Shown: positions 8,990 to 19,897, counted from the stretch's first letter. The stretch: DNA of 64,000 nt from an uncultured Candidatus Actinomarina sp. (GCA_902555985.1 CACDUI010000003.1:12432-76431), one strand, 5' to 3'. A program made the numbers and translations. The notes: generated from the sequence alone by a model not told the origin.

Positions 8990-10069
8990 CTAATCTTCAC
9001 TCTTTTCGTTATAAATTTTTGCAAATTGTGATGCAATATATAGTGTTGAGTAGTGTTTTGAAATTTCTTTTCTATTTTGACTACTAATTGATATTTTTTC
9101 ATTCAAAAATTCATTAATCTTATTTTCTAAATATTTTATATCTTTTGAGTTTAACAAAATTGTATTTTCAAAATTATTAATATATTCAGTACCGTTGTTT
9201 TCATATGCTACAACAAATAAGCCAACATACATTGCTTCAAGTAATACTCTAGAAAATCCTTCATGGTCAGAAAGAGATAATAACAAGTCATAATTATGTA
9301 TCTCTTTTTGTAAGTCTATGTATCCTAGGTAATTTAAAGATGAGATTTTCTTTAAATCTTCTAGTTCTTTTTGTGTAAGGGAGTTTGGATTACCTTTATC
9401 AAGATCACCTGCTAAATAGAAAGTTACATTTTGTGAACTGAAGTTATTTGATAGTTTAATATATTCATCAATTCCCTTGTCTTTAAGCAATCTTCCAGCC
9501 ATAATTATTTTCTTATTTTCATTAAAATTATTTTTCAATAAGTAGTCATAAGTATTAATTCCAGAACTTTCAATTAGATATGAGTTGTTTTTGTAATGGG
9601 AATATTTATTAAACGATAATTTGTCTTTTGAATTTTGATAAATTATATTTTTATAAGTCTTGTTAATTAATGTTATAAAAACTGGTTGGAGTATTATTTT
9701 AAATATTTTTGCTGATATATTTTTACTAAAAAAATAACCCAAACCAGTAATAGATAAAGTAGATTTAAAGTTTTTGTTTAAAAACAAATTAGAGATCATA
9801 AATAAAAAGCCTGTTTTTAATGTAAAAATATGAAAAATACTTCCATCATCGATATTTTTAAGTATTTTTCTTAAACTTAACACTGCGAAGAAATCAAAAT
9901 ATTTCTCTCTAGCTATCTTCCAGTTTAAAGATTCTGCATAATGCTTTTTAAGTTCATTCTCATTAGCAACTGGGCATATAGATCTGAATCTATAATTACT
10001 CAATTCATTTACTATTTGGCTTCTTGATTGGATTAATATTCTATCCCAATGAGCAACATAATTTATCAT
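8990..10069 (-). CDS. Glycosyltransferase family 4
   Basis: ITGLG, GRLLKDKG, HEGFSRVLLEA (EX7E). Confidence 0.88.
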   Translation of the reverse strand: MINYVAHWDRILIQSRSQIVNELSNYRFRSICPVANENELKKHYAESLNWKIAREKYFDFFAVLSLRKILKNIDDGSIFHIFTLKTGFLFMISNLFLNKNFKSTLSITGLGYFFSKNISAKIFKIILQPVFITLINKTYKNIIYQNSKDKLSFNKYSHYKNNSYLIESSGINTYDYLLKNNFNENKKIIMAGRLLKDKGIDEYIKLSNNFSSQNVTFYLAGDLDKGNPNSLTQKELEDLKKISSLNYLGYIDLQKEIHNYDLLLSLSDHEGFSRVLLEAMYVGLFVVAYENNGTEYINNFENTILLNSKDIKYLENKINEFLNEKISISSQNRKEISKHYSTLYIASQFAKIYNEKSED

Positions 10070-10111
10070 TACTAATTATATTAAATCTATTAATTGTTAA
10101 CATGACATAAT

Positions 10112-11311
10112 ATGAACATTGTCATAGTTGGTACAGGCTATGTTGGCTTAGTTACTGGTGTTGGTTTCGCAGAACAAGGTCATAAAGTATCATTTATAGA
10201 CCTTGATTCTTCAAAGATTGAAAAACTTAAAAATAAACAATTACCTTTTTTTGAACCGGATTTAGATACTTATTTTTCAAAAGAAGAAAACTTTAAACGT
10301 ATGTCTTTTAATTCAAGCTATAACTCACTTAATTGGGATGATTCGGAGATTGTTTTTATTTGTGTTCAAACCCCTAATAATACTGAAACAAACTCGGTTG
10401 ATACAAAATTTTTAGAGTCTGCGATTAGTGAAATTTCAAAATTAGATAATAAAGAAATAGTTATTACAGTTAAATCAACGATTCCACCATATGAGATTGA
10501 AAATGTCTGTAATAATGTTGGTTATGATCAAAATCTTCTAACTTTCAATCCTGAATTTTTACGAGAAGGAAGTGCTGTCTATGATTTTTTCAATCCAGAT
10601 CGAATTGTAATAGGTGGTTTAAATACAGAAAAAACAAATAAATTGCAAGAGCTATATAAAGGCTACGAAGCAGAAATTATAGTAACTGACCCTATAAGTT
10701 CACAATTAATTAAATATCTTGCAAATACATATCTTCCAATGAGATTATCTTTTGTAAACGAGGCCACAAGACTCTCGAATTATTCAGGTGCCAATCTGAT
10801 AGATGTTTTAAAAGGTGTAGGGCTAGATACTAGGATTGGTTCGCATTATTTCAGGCCTTCACCGTCCTGGGGTGGATCATGTTTTCCAAAAGACTTAGTA
10901 GAAGTAAATAATTTTTATGAAAAAGATAAATTAAAATTACCTCTAATTTCGAATATCATTGAATCAAATAACGAACACTTAAATTGGACTGTAAATCAAC
11001 TTCTTTCCTTGAAAAATAATAATAATCTGGAAGAATTTGTTTTAGTTGGCGCAGCTTTTAAAGAAAATACAGATGACTTTAGGAATTCTCCTACACTTGA
11101 TATTTATAAAATATTAGATGATATGGGAGAGCAAGTCACTATATTAGATACTGAATTTGAAGTACCAAATCATAATTATATTTCATCAGTTCAAGACGTG
11201 GCTTCAAAATCATTAATTTCAATTATGTATCCTGTTAATGATGAATTAGATAAAAAATTATTAGATTATACATCTCTAAATAAATGTATTATTTATTATC
11301 CTTGGAGATAG
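10112..11311 (+). CDS. ugd: UDP-glucose 6-dehydrogenase
   Basis: GTGYVGL, VKST, NPEFLREG, GGSCFPKD, FKENTDD.R.SP. Confidence 0.9.
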   Translation: MNIVIVGTGYVGLVTGVGFAEQGHKVSFIDLDSSKIEKLKNKQLPFFEPDLDTYFSKEENFKRMSFNSSYNSLNWDDSEIVFICVQTPNNTETNSVDTKFLESAISEISKLDNKEIVITVKSTIPPYEIENVCNNVGYDQNLLTFNPEFLREGSAVYDFFNPDRIVIGGLNTEKTNKLQELYKGYEAEIIVTDPISSQLIKYLANTYLPMRLSFVNEATRLSNYSGANLIDVLKGVGLDTRIGSHYFRPSPSWGGSCFPKDLVEVNNFYEKDKLKLPLISNIIESNNEHLNWTVNQLLSLKNNNNLEEFVLVGAAFKENTDDFRNSPTLDIYKILDDMGEQVTILDTEFEVPNHNYISSVQDVASKSLISIMYPVNDELDKKLLDYTSLNKCIIYYPWR

Positions 11312-11312
11312 A

Positions 11313-12242
11313 GTGAATATATTAATAACAGGTGGTGCAGGGTTTGTTTGTTCCCACTTAGCTGACAAATTGTATGAAAAAAAACACAACTTATTTTTAC
11401 TTGATAATTTATTAACTGGAAACAAAAGAAATATAGATCATTTGTTAGGAAATGAAAATGTTAGATTTATTGAACACGATGTTCAAAATCATATTGAAAT
11501 TTCTGATGAAATAGATTTTATATTTCATTTTGCAAGTGCAGCATCTCCAATTGCTTACCAAGAAAATCCTATAAATACTTTAAAAGCAGGAAGTATTGGG
11601 ACTATCAACACTCTTGGATTAGCTAAAGTAAAAAAAGCAGACTATCTTTTAGCATCAACTTCAGAAATTTACGGTGATCCTGAAGTCTCGCCACAAAGCG
11701 AAAATTATTGGGGTAACGTTAATCCAAATGGAGAAAGAAGCATGTATGATGAAGCAAAACGGTTTGCTGAAGCAGCTACTGCAACATACAGCAGAACATA
11801 CAGTTTAAATACAAAGGTTGTGAGGATCTTCAACACATATGGTCCAAGAATGCAATTGAATGATGGTAGAGTTGTGACTAACTTTATTGTGCAAGCACTC
11901 AATAATGAAAATATAACTGTTTATGGGGATGGATTACAAACTAGGAGTTTTTCTTATGTTGATGATACAGTAGGTGGAATTATTGCCTTGATGGAATCTG
12001 ATCATAATGATGTGTTTAATATTGGAAATCCTAACGAAATAACTGTTAATGAACTTGCAACAAGAATTATCAGTTTAACAAATTCTAATTCAAAGTTAAT
12101 CAATAAAGATTTACCGAAGGATGATCCCAAACAAAGAAGACCGGACATTACTAAGGCAAAAAATTTACTTAAATGGGAACCTAAAATCGAACTTGAAGTC
12201 GGTTTAACTAAAACTATTGATTGGGTTAACTCACAATTGTAG
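11313..12242 (+). CDS. UDP-glucuronate decarboxylase (UDP-xylose synthase) family SDR
   Basis: ASTSEIYGDP, YWGNVNP.G.RS.YDEAKR, RIFNTYGPRM..DGRVV, DDP..R.PDI; directly follows ugd. Confidence 0.9.
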   Translation: MNILITGGAGFVCSHLADKLYEKKHNLFLLDNLLTGNKRNIDHLLGNENVRFIEHDVQNHIEISDEIDFIFHFASAASPIAYQENPINTLKAGSIGTINTLGLAKVKKADYLLASTSEIYGDPEVSPQSENYWGNVNPNGERSMYDEAKRFAEAATATYSRTYSLNTKVVRIFNTYGPRMQLNDGRVVTNFIVQALNNENITVYGDGLQTRSFSYVDDTVGGIIALMESDHNDVFNIGNPNEITVNELATRIISLTNSNSKLINKDLPKDDPKQRRPDITKAKNLLKWEPKIELEVGLTKTIDWVNSQL

Positions 12243-13287
12243 CGATAACTCTATTGAATATTGTTTTAATGGACTGATTTGATACATTTTTTTGGCCTAA
12301 TTTAATAATTTCTAACAAATTTTTTTCTTCTAAATCATATACTAAATTTAATTTCTTAGTCAATGATGATTGATTTAATTTAAAGTTTGTAAATGAAGTT
12401 AATTCTTCTTTAAAAAGTATGTTGTAATCCGTATTTGAATAAAAGTTAAAAAGACCAGCTGATAGTGTTTCTAAAACGGATTTATCATAAAATCCAAAAG
12501 GTGTTGCGTTTATATGAAACGAATAATTTTTTAAGATAGATGGTAAGCTTTTGTGAGTAACTTTACCTTTAAAAAATACATTATCATTATGAAAATATTT
12601 TTCCTTTAGGTATTTTTTATATTCTTTATCTTTAGCAGTAACCGAATCACCCACAATAGTTATTGAGTTATTATGAAATTTACTATTTAGAAAACAATCT
12701 ATAGCCAATTCAATATTTTTAGATTGAGATACTCTACTTAAAATAATAAATTCTTTATTTAAAAGATCTCTTCTTTCATTATGAAATAATTGATAATCAA
12801 TAGCATGTCCTATAATTGCTACTTTTTTTGATTTATATGGAAATGAGGAATTAGAGGCTGTTACAACCTTATCACTAAAAATTAGACTTAGGAGAAGAAT
12901 AGCTCTTTTAGAAAATTCTTTTGGTTTGGGATGTGTGTACCAAAGGATTCTAGGGGTCTTTCTATTTTTGGAATAAATTCTAGTTAGAACTAAAAGTAGT
13001 GGAGACATATGTGAAAAACACAAGTCGTAGTTTGTTATGGTTGTTAATTTTTGAATAAGATTTTTAATTTGAATATATTTTTTCAATTTTGAAGACTTAT
13101 CACTATTTGAAATTCCATAGATCTTAATGTTTTCGTGTTCAGTAATTTCAGTAGGTCTATTTAATGTAATTACGTCAACATTTTTAAAATTTTCTGAGAA
13201 TTGATCTGTCCAAGTTTTCGCAAAACCTAAAGATATATCCTTTTCATCAACCGATAGGTTTAAATATAAAAGATTTTGCCTATTCAT
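12226..13287 (-). CDS. Glycosyltransferase family 4-like
   Basis: WYTH, GHAID, SRVS..K, DKSVLE..S.G; GT-B length. Confidence 0.8.
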   Translation of the reverse strand: MNRQNLLYLNLSVDEKDISLGFAKTWTDQFSENFKNVDVITLNRPTEITEHENIKIYGISNSDKSSKLKKYIQIKNLIQKLTTITNYDLCFSHMSPLLLVLTRIYSKNRKTPRILWYTHPKPKEFSKRAILLLSLIFSDKVVTASNSSFPYKSKKVAIIGHAIDYQLFHNERRDLLNKEFIILSRVSQSKNIELAIDCFLNSKFHNNSITIVGDSVTAKDKEYKKYLKEKYFHNDNVFFKGKVTHKSLPSILKNYSFHINATPFGFYDKSVLETLSAGLFNFYSNTDYNILFKEELTSFTNFKLNQSSLTKKLNLVYDLEEKNLLEIIKLGQKNVSNQSIKTIFNRVIATIVS

Positions 13288-14392
13288 TACTTAGTATCAA
13301 TTCTGTATAATTTTTTATTGTTTCTTCGATATCAAATTTATTTTCTATTAATTTGTTTCCTTTTATAAATTTTTCTTCAGTATCACTTAAAGCTTTGTAA
13401 ATTGCATTTGCAACTGTTTCAACCTCAAATGAATTAACAAGATAGCCATATTTGTTATTATCAAGTAATTCAGAATTGCCCCCAAAATTAGAAGCGATAA
13501 CAGTTAATCCATAGTTCATTGCTTCAAGAACTGAATGTGGCATACCTTCGTAAGTTGAAATTTGTAAAAAATAATTTGAAGATTTATAAAAATTCTCAAG
13601 TTCCTTATCATGTTTTATACCTACTAAATTTACACAATCATTCAATTTAAGATTATTAATTAAATTATTTATGTTTTGGAACTCTGGTCCTTCACCTACA
13701 ATATTTAAAATAAAATCAACAGAGTATTTTTCTTTAACTACAGACAGTGATTTTAAAACTAGGTCTATATTTTTATGTCTAACTAATCTACTAACAATAA
13801 GAAATTCGTAATTATCTTTATTTTTTTGTACGCTATCAGATAGTTCAGTTCCATTATTAATTTTTAACAAATTACCTCTATACCCTAAGCTTTTAACAAA
13901 TGATAATAAATGTTTTGATGGTACCACAATTGTATTACTTGAGTTTAAAGTAATATTTCTTACAAATTTTAATAATTCAATTTTAAGAGAGTACTTTTTT
14001 TGCTGAAATTGATCGAAATCGTCATCAATTTTGTATTGGGTATAAAACTTTTCCCAAACAGGATCTCCAACAATTTTCCTTATTGTTTTTTTTCTGAGAA
14101 ATAAGTTTGCAATATACACCTCAAGCCAAAGGCCATTCACAAAAATTATATTTACATCTCGTCCTTTGTTAATAATCAATAAGACAGTTTTTAAGAAACG
14201 AAAAATTTTATTTTGCTTTCTAAATATTCTTGATACTTCATAGGAATAATTTTCAGTTTTTTCCACTTCTTCACTTAAGGTAATAATATTTAAAGTATGA
14301 TTTTCTGATAGTTTATTAGCTATAAGTGGTACAAATTTAGCTGGACCCCCAACATCTGGAGGAAATATTCCAGTTGTTATGAGAATATTCAT
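13280..14392 (-). CDS. Glycosyltransferase family 4
   Basis: TGIFPPDVGGPA, SRLV.HK, VGEGPE, STYEGMPHSVLEA. Confidence 0.9.
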   Translation of the reverse strand: MNILITTGIFPPDVGGPAKFVPLIANKLSENHTLNIITLSEEVEKTENYSYEVSRIFRKQNKIFRFLKTVLLIINKGRDVNIIFVNGLWLEVYIANLFLRKKTIRKIVGDPVWEKFYTQYKIDDDFDQFQQKKYSLKIELLKFVRNITLNSSNTIVVPSKHLLSFVKSLGYRGNLLKINNGTELSDSVQKNKDNYEFLIVSRLVRHKNIDLVLKSLSVVKEKYSVDFILNIVGEGPEFQNINNLINNLKLNDCVNLVGIKHDKELENFYKSSNYFLQISTYEGMPHSVLEAMNYGLTVIASNFGGNSELLDNNKYGYLVNSFEVETVANAIYKALSDTEEKFIKGNKLIENKFDIEETIKNYTELILSNE

Positions 14393-15361
14393 TTATTTTT
14401 TATTTTTTTTGGAATCGACTATATTTTCAACCATAAATTCAATATTTTTTGTTGGCTTCATACCAGTAAACTCAATTATTTTGTCTATACCAGGCGTACG
14501 TCTCTTAGGGTCTTCAAATGCTTTTCCAAAAACATCTTCATGACTTTTGTATATTATTTTTGAATTAGAATTGGTTTTAAAAATAACAAGTTCTGCGAGG
14601 TCTTTTATTGTAATTTCTTCAGTTTGCCCTATATTGAAAATTTCCCCATATGCTTTAATTTCTGCAAGTTTGATTAGGTAATTAACTACATCTTCAACCC
14701 AAGTAAATGATCTAGATTGAGAACCATCACCATGTATTAATATATCTTCATCTTTGAGTGCCGCTTCAATAAATTTTGGAACAACCATTCCATATTTTGA
14801 TAATTGGTTAGGTCCAATAATGTTAAATAATCTTACAATTATTGGTGAAATTTTCCCTTCTTCATATAGTGATAAAGCAATAAATTCATCAATCATTTTG
14901 GAAGCTGCATATGACCACCGTAATTTAGTTGTTGGGCCAATTAAACTTTTAGTTTCTTCAGTCCAGATATCATCTTCTGCAACACCATAAACTTCCGATG
15001 TTGAAGTTAGTAATACTGGAATATTGGTTGCTTGACATGCTTCAAAAACCTTATGAGTAGCTAAAATATTTGTTAAAAGCGAGTCGCTTAAATTGTCCAT
15101 AATATATTGAACTCCAACGCCAGCAGCAAGATGATAGCAAAAGTCATATGAACTAAATAAACTATCAAGATTTTCTATATCTTCAATTTTTGAATTAATA
15201 AATTCAATTCTTTTATCATTAAGAAATGATGAAATATTTGATTCACTTCCAGTGGATAAATCATCAATAATCAAAAGATTTTCAACATCTTTTTCAAGAA
15301 GTGCTTGTACGAGGCTAGAACCTATAAATCCTGCACCGCCGGTTATAATAATTTTTTTCAT
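14393..15361 (-). CDS. NAD-dependent nucleotide-sugar epimerase/dehydratase
   Basis: TGGAGFIG, STSEVYG, RWSYAASK, RLFNIIGP.Q. Confidence 0.9.
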   Translation of the reverse strand: MKKIIITGGAGFIGSSLVQALLEKDVENLLIIDDLSTGSESNISSFLNDKRIEFINSKIEDIENLDSLFSSYDFCYHLAAGVGVQYIMDNLSDSLLTNILATHKVFEACQATNIPVLLTSTSEVYGVAEDDIWTEETKSLIGPTTKLRWSYAASKMIDEFIALSLYEEGKISPIIVRLFNIIGPNQLSKYGMVVPKFIEAALKDEDILIHGDGSQSRSFTWVEDVVNYLIKLAEIKAYGEIFNIGQTEEITIKDLAELVIFKTNSNSKIIYKSHEDVFGKAFEDPKRRTPGIDKIIEFTGMKPTKNIEFMVENIVDSKKNKK

Positions 15362-15362
15362 T

Positions 15363-16337
15363 TTAATTAATATATGTAAAGTCTTTTATTTTGTCTTGAA
15401 ATGAAGAATACCATTCTATTGTTGCTTTAATACCGTCTTCAATATTTGTTTTTGGTTCCCATTTGAGTGTGTTTTTAGACTTAGAGAGACTAGGAAGAAC
15501 AACATCTGGGTCTCTAAAGGCTCTTGGCTCATTAACTACTTGTGCTTTTTTGTTTGAAAAATGCTCAATTATTTTGACAACTTCATTCAATGAAGAAGTT
15601 TTATTATTGCCTACATTAAATGTCTCGTTACTGTCACAATCCTGTACCTTAAGTAAAAGATCAACCACATCATCTATATACGTAAATGATCGTCTTTGCT
15701 CTCCATCACCAAAAATTTTTACTTCCTTGTTTTCCATTATCCAATGTATAAATCTCAATATTGACATATCTGGCCTTCCGTAAGGACCATATACTGTAAA
15801 AAATCTTGTAATTATTAAATTTGTATTATGAGACGAAAGTATTGTTTTAGCTAATGTTTCCCCGGATAACTTTGTTGATGCATAAATGGATGGTGGATTA
15901 ATCTTTTCATCTATGTCTTCAACCATCTCCTTTTCTCCACTATTACCATATATTGAGGAGGTAGAAGCAAGAATCATTTTTGAAATATTATTATTTTTAC
16001 AAAAATTAGCAACATTTGTTGTGGCTATTGTGTTGTCTTTTATGTAACTAAGAGGGTCGTTGAAGCTTTGCCTAACTCCGGCTCTTGCACCCATGTGATA
16101 AACAATATCGATATCTGCTAGATCATTAAGGGAATCTTCGTCAGATAAATCATTACTTATAAATTGAAAATTATTTTCTGATTCCAAGTTTTGTAGTCTT
16201 AGATCTTTAAATTTTTTATCGTAGGCATTATTTAGTGAGTCAATACCATATACATTGTTATTCTCTTTGATTAATGTTTTTGATAAATTAAAACCAATAA
16301 AGCCAGCACAACCGGTAACGAGAACATTTTTAGTCAT
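15363..16337 (-). CDS. NAD-dependent epimerase, UDP-glucuronate 4-epimerase-like
   Basis: TGCAGFIG, ARAGVR.S, ASTSSIYG, YASTK, RFFTVYGP.GRPDM. Confidence 0.88.
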   Translation of the reverse strand: MTKNVLVTGCAGFIGFNLSKTLIKENNNVYGIDSLNNAYDKKFKDLRLQNLESENNFQFISNDLSDEDSLNDLADIDIVYHMGARAGVRQSFNDPLSYIKDNTIATTNVANFCKNNNISKMILASTSSIYGNSGEKEMVEDIDEKINPPSIYASTKLSGETLAKTILSSHNTNLIITRFFTVYGPYGRPDMSILRFIHWIMENKEVKIFGDGEQRRSFTYIDDVVDLLLKVQDCDSNETFNVGNNKTSSLNEVVKIIEHFSNKKAQVVNEPRAFRDPDVVLPSLSKSKNTLKWEPKTNIEDGIKATIEWYSSFQDKIKDFTYIN

Positions 16338-16433
16338 TTATATAATGCTAACAAAGAAAAAATGTATTAAACAAAAAAAATAAATACTGAGAATAAAATA
16401 AATAAGATGATAATTTACTAATAGGAGCTAAAA

Positions 16434-17573
16434 ATTAAATTAAAAAACATTTTTCCATCAATCTTATTTTTAATCCCATTGATTCCGCATTTTGAGGTTT
16501 ATGGTCCTTATTTGCATACAGATGATTTGCCGATTTTTATATTTTTGTCAATAGCTGTAACTTACATCATCAAAGATAAAATGTTTGTTTTAGATACGAC
16601 TGGAAAATATATTGTTTTATTTCTTATATTTTTAGTCTTGCAAAATCTATACATAAACCAAAGCCTTCTTTCTTCAGACATTTATAGGTTTGTATTTTAT
16701 TTTGTCTTGTATATTTTTATGACTAATAGTGATAGCAATTTTGATTATTTTTATCTTCCATTAATACTTTTTACAATTGTTGCAGGGTTTGCAGTAGGAG
16801 CATATGTATTCGAATTAAATTTTGGTAATGATGATTATCAAACATGGAATATAGGGTTTAATCCAAGTGATCTTGATTACTTAAAAGGCAGGATAAATGG
16901 TTTCCAAGCAGGCGGACCAAATAGTTTTGCTGATTTGATAACCATCACTGCTGTTTATAGTTTATTCAAATACAAGAATTCCTATGTATTTTTTATTGTT
17001 CCATTAGCACTATTTGCAGTAATAGTAACTTACTCAAGATTTTCTCTAGTAGTTCTTATGCTGTTTATATTTTTAAAGCTCATTAAAGAAAAATTGTATA
17101 CTGAATTAATTGTTTCAATATTGATATTGTTGTTTGCTGCAAATTCACTTGGAGTTTATGAGAGATTTATAAACGATGATAACAATGGTATTAGTGATAG
17201 GTTATTAATGTTAGAAGCATCGACAGACTATTTCATATCCAGTTCATTAGAATCAAAATTAATTGGAAATGGGTCAAATAAACTAATTTTTGAATCGAAC
17301 AATATATATCTTTATGACGAATTTGAAAAAAATCCATATAGTTATGGTCCTCATAACTCTTTTATTTTCTATCTTATAAATTATGGAATAGTTGGAATTT
17401 TATTGTATATTTTAATTTTTATGGCACTGTTTAAAAGACGATTACAATTTGATACTAATTTAATTACAGTCGCATTATTTTTTGTTCTCTCATGGTCAAC
17501 TGATTTATTACATAATCATTCTGTATCTTGGTTCTTATATTTTGTCTACTTTACCTACTTAAAAGCTGAATAA
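16434..17573 (+). CDS. O-antigen ligase/Wzy-like membrane protein (probable ATT start at 16434; track start is TTG at 16479)
   Basis: GRINGFQAGGPN, TYSR, SDR, GNG, PHNS...LINYG; AGGAG at 16423-16427 precedes an in-frame ATT. Confidence 0.78.
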   Translation: MKLKNIFPSILFLIPLIPHFEVYGPYLHTDDLPIFIFLSIAVTYIIKDKMFVLDTTGKYIVLFLIFLVLQNLYINQSLLSSDIYRFVFYFVLYIFMTNSDSNFDYFYLPLILFTIVAGFAVGAYVFELNFGNDDYQTWNIGFNPSDLDYLKGRINGFQAGGPNSFADLITITAVYSLFKYKNSYVFFIVPLALFAVIVTYSRFSLVVLMLFIFLKLIKEKLYTELIVSILILLFAANSLGVYERFINDDNNGISDRLLMLEASTDYFISSSLESKLIGNGSNKLIFESNNIYLYDEFEKNPYSYGPHNSFIFYLINYGIVGILLYILIFMALFKRRLQFDTNLITVALFFVLSWSTDLLHNHSVSWFLYFVYFTYLKAE

Positions 17574-17619
17574 TAAAAAAATATAAATTACTTTTTATAG
17601 TCATATATCATTAAAAGTT

Positions 17620-18552
17620 ATGGATATATTAGTAGTAGGCGGTGCTGGCTACGTAGGTGGTGGCATTGTTGATTTACTTTCCAAAAAATACAAAGTTACA
17701 GTTTATGATTCTTTAATTTATGAAAATTCTTTTAGGAAAGATGTTGATTTTATATATGGCGACATAAGAGATTATCAAAAACTAAATCCAATATTAAAAA
17801 AATATGATGCAGTAATATGGCTGGCAGCTTTAGTTGGTGATGGAGCTTGTGCAATAAATCCAACTCTAACACATGAAATTAATGCAGAAACAGTAAATAA
17901 CCTCATTAAAAATTTTAAGGGAAAAATAGTATTCTTATCAACTTGTTCTGTCTATGGGGCTCAAGAAGGAGTGTTAAATGAAGATTCTTCCGTGAACCCT
18001 CTATCTGAATATGCATCTTCTAAACTAGTTGCTGAAAAGTATTTAGAGGATTCGAACGCAATAATTTTTAGATTAGGAACACTATTTGGTATTGGTGATC
18101 AATTTTCGAGAATACGTCTCGATCTAGTTGTGAATATTTTAACTACAAAAGCTCTACAAGATAAAAAAATGAGTGTGTTTGGAGGAGATCAGTGGAGACC
18201 CCTGCTTCATGTTAAAGATGTTGCTAATGCTATTGATAAAACTGTTGATGGAGATGTAAATGGTATTTTTAATTTACATCATAAAAATTATAAAATTATT
18301 GAGTTAGCTGAGAAAATCAAAGAAAAAATTCCAGATGTTGTAGTTGAAACCACACCACTCCCTTTTCAGGATACGAGGAATTATCAAGTTTCCAGTGAAA
18401 AGCTAAAGGCTAAAACAGGATTTGAAGCTTTAATTGATTTAGATCAAGGCATAAACGAAGTTTATGAATTAATTGCATCAAATAGAATAAAAGACATTAA
18501 TGACCCTAGGTATTCTAATCAATCATTTTTACAAACTTATGGAGTATCTTAA
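17620..18552 (+). CDS. NAD-dependent epimerase/dehydratase (SDR)
   Basis: GGAGYVG, LAALVGD.AC, STCSVYG, YASSK, R.DLVVN, WRPLLHV.D. Confidence 0.9.
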   Translation: MDILVVGGAGYVGGGIVDLLSKKYKVTVYDSLIYENSFRKDVDFIYGDIRDYQKLNPILKKYDAVIWLAALVGDGACAINPTLTHEINAETVNNLIKNFKGKIVFLSTCSVYGAQEGVLNEDSSVNPLSEYASSKLVAEKYLEDSNAIIFRLGTLFGIGDQFSRIRLDLVVNILTTKALQDKKMSVFGGDQWRPLLHVKDVANAIDKTVDGDVNGIFNLHHKNYKIIELAEKIKEKIPDVVVETTPLPFQDTRNYQVSSEKLKAKTGFEALIDLDQGINEVYELIASNRIKDINDPRYSNQSFLQTYGVS

Positions 18553-18555
18553 GAT

Positions 18556-19002
18556 ATGAAACCGATACTTTTTGAAAGCAAGTCAAATTCAGATCATAGA
18601 GGTACAGTTTCATTTACAAACGAATTAAATCTAAGTACAGCTGTCAGAACCTACAAAGTAATTAATAATCAATCTAAAATTGTTAGGGCATGGCACGGAC
18701 ATAAAATAGAAGAAAAATGGATAAGCGTAGAAGATGGTGAGTTCTTGGTTTGTGCAGTTAAAATTGATGATTTTGAAAACCCAAATAAAAATCAAGAAGT
18801 CTTTAAGTTCAACATGACACCTGAAAGTGGGATATTATATATTCCAAATAATTATGCTAACGGTGCAATGAATTTGACTGAAAATAATGCTGTCAGATAT
18901 TATTCATCTCTTCTTTTAGAAGAATCTATAAAAGACGACTATCGATTTGAATCTAATTTTTGGGACCCATGGGGCGAGTTCAGTCCAAATCTTTATGAAT
19001 AG
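18556..19002 (+). CDS. RmlC-like cupin sugar 3,5-epimerase/isomerase
   Basis: D.RG, VRAWHGH..E.K, LYIP..YANG, DDYR. Confidence 0.85.
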   Translation: MKPILFESKSNSDHRGTVSFTNELNLSTAVRTYKVINNQSKIVRAWHGHKIEEKWISVEDGEFLVCAVKIDDFENPNKNQEVFKFNMTPESGILYIPNNYANGAMNLTENNAVRYYSSLLLEESIKDDYRFESNFWDPWGEFSPNLYE

Positions 19003-19897
19003 GATATTAGTACTTGGCAAAGATGGAATGTTGGGGACTATGGTTTCCAACTATTTCTCCTCTCTTAATGAATACGAAGTATATTTAACAAGTAGAAGAG
19101 ATGACCTCACAGTTTTTAATGATAATGTTCGAAAATTTGATGTATCAAAAGATCCACTAGAAATCTTAATCAATGAAATAAATCCTGACTTTTTAATAAA
19201 TTGTATTGGAATTATCAAGCCTGAAATAAATGAAGATAATAAAGAATCTATTGAGAAAGCCATAAATATTAATACTTACTTTCCTTTGAAGATTTCACAA
19301 TTGGCCAAAAATAAGAACTTCAAATATATTCAAATTGGAACTGATTGTGTATTCTCTGGTAGAGTAGGGGACTATCTCGAAGACGCTTCTCAAGATGCAA
19401 ACGACATTTATGGTAAAACTAAAATTGGTGGAGAAACTGAACATGCAGATAAATATATATTAAGAGGTAGCATCATAGGTCCCGAAAGCGGTGATGGTAA
19501 ATCATTGTTAAATTGGTTTCTGTCTCAAAATTCAAATAAAGTTAATGGTTTCTCAGACCATATGTGGAATGGTATAACTACTCTAAATTTTGCAAAAATA
19601 GTTGATGGAATGATTAAAAATAATAATTTTAATTTTCATACACAACATGTTGTTCCAAAAGATGAAGTTTCAAAATATGATTTGTTAATTTATTTCAAAA
19701 AATATTTTGACGTTGATGTAATCATTGAAAAATCAAATTCATCAAACTCAGTTAATAGAAGTTTAAAAACAAATAATCAGGATGAAAATATAAAATTATG
19801 GAAAGACGCTGGTTATAGCTCCGTTCCATCAATAGAGGAAAATATTAAGGAATTGTCTGAAAGCCATTTAACGAAAGGTATTCTTAATAATATATGA
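18995..19897 (+). CDS. RmlD-like NDP-4-keto-6-deoxyhexose reductase
   Basis: LG..GMLG, INCIG, TDCVFSG, YGKTK..GE, SIIGPE, LL.WF, WNG.TT. ATG at 18995 overlaps the upstream stop. Confidence 0.87.
   Translation: MNRILVLGKDGMLGTMVSNYFSSLNEYEVYLTSRRDDLTVFNDNVRKFDVSKDPLEILINEINPDFLINCIGIIKPEINEDNKESIEKAININTYFPLKISQLAKNKNFKYIQIGTDCVFSGRVGDYLEDASQDANDIYGKTKIGGETEHADKYILRGSIIGPESGDGKSLLNWFLSQNSNKVNGFSDHMWNGITTLNFAKIVDGMIKNNNFNFHTQHVVPKDEVSKYDLLIYFKKYFDVDVIIEKSNSSNSVNRSLKTNNQDENIKLWKDAGYSSVPSIEENIKELSESHLTKGILNNI

Noticed and set aside
16360..16420. A-rich tract and other A8-A9 runs as phase-variation sites
   Set aside because: Expected at this AT content; no associated frameshifted gene was found
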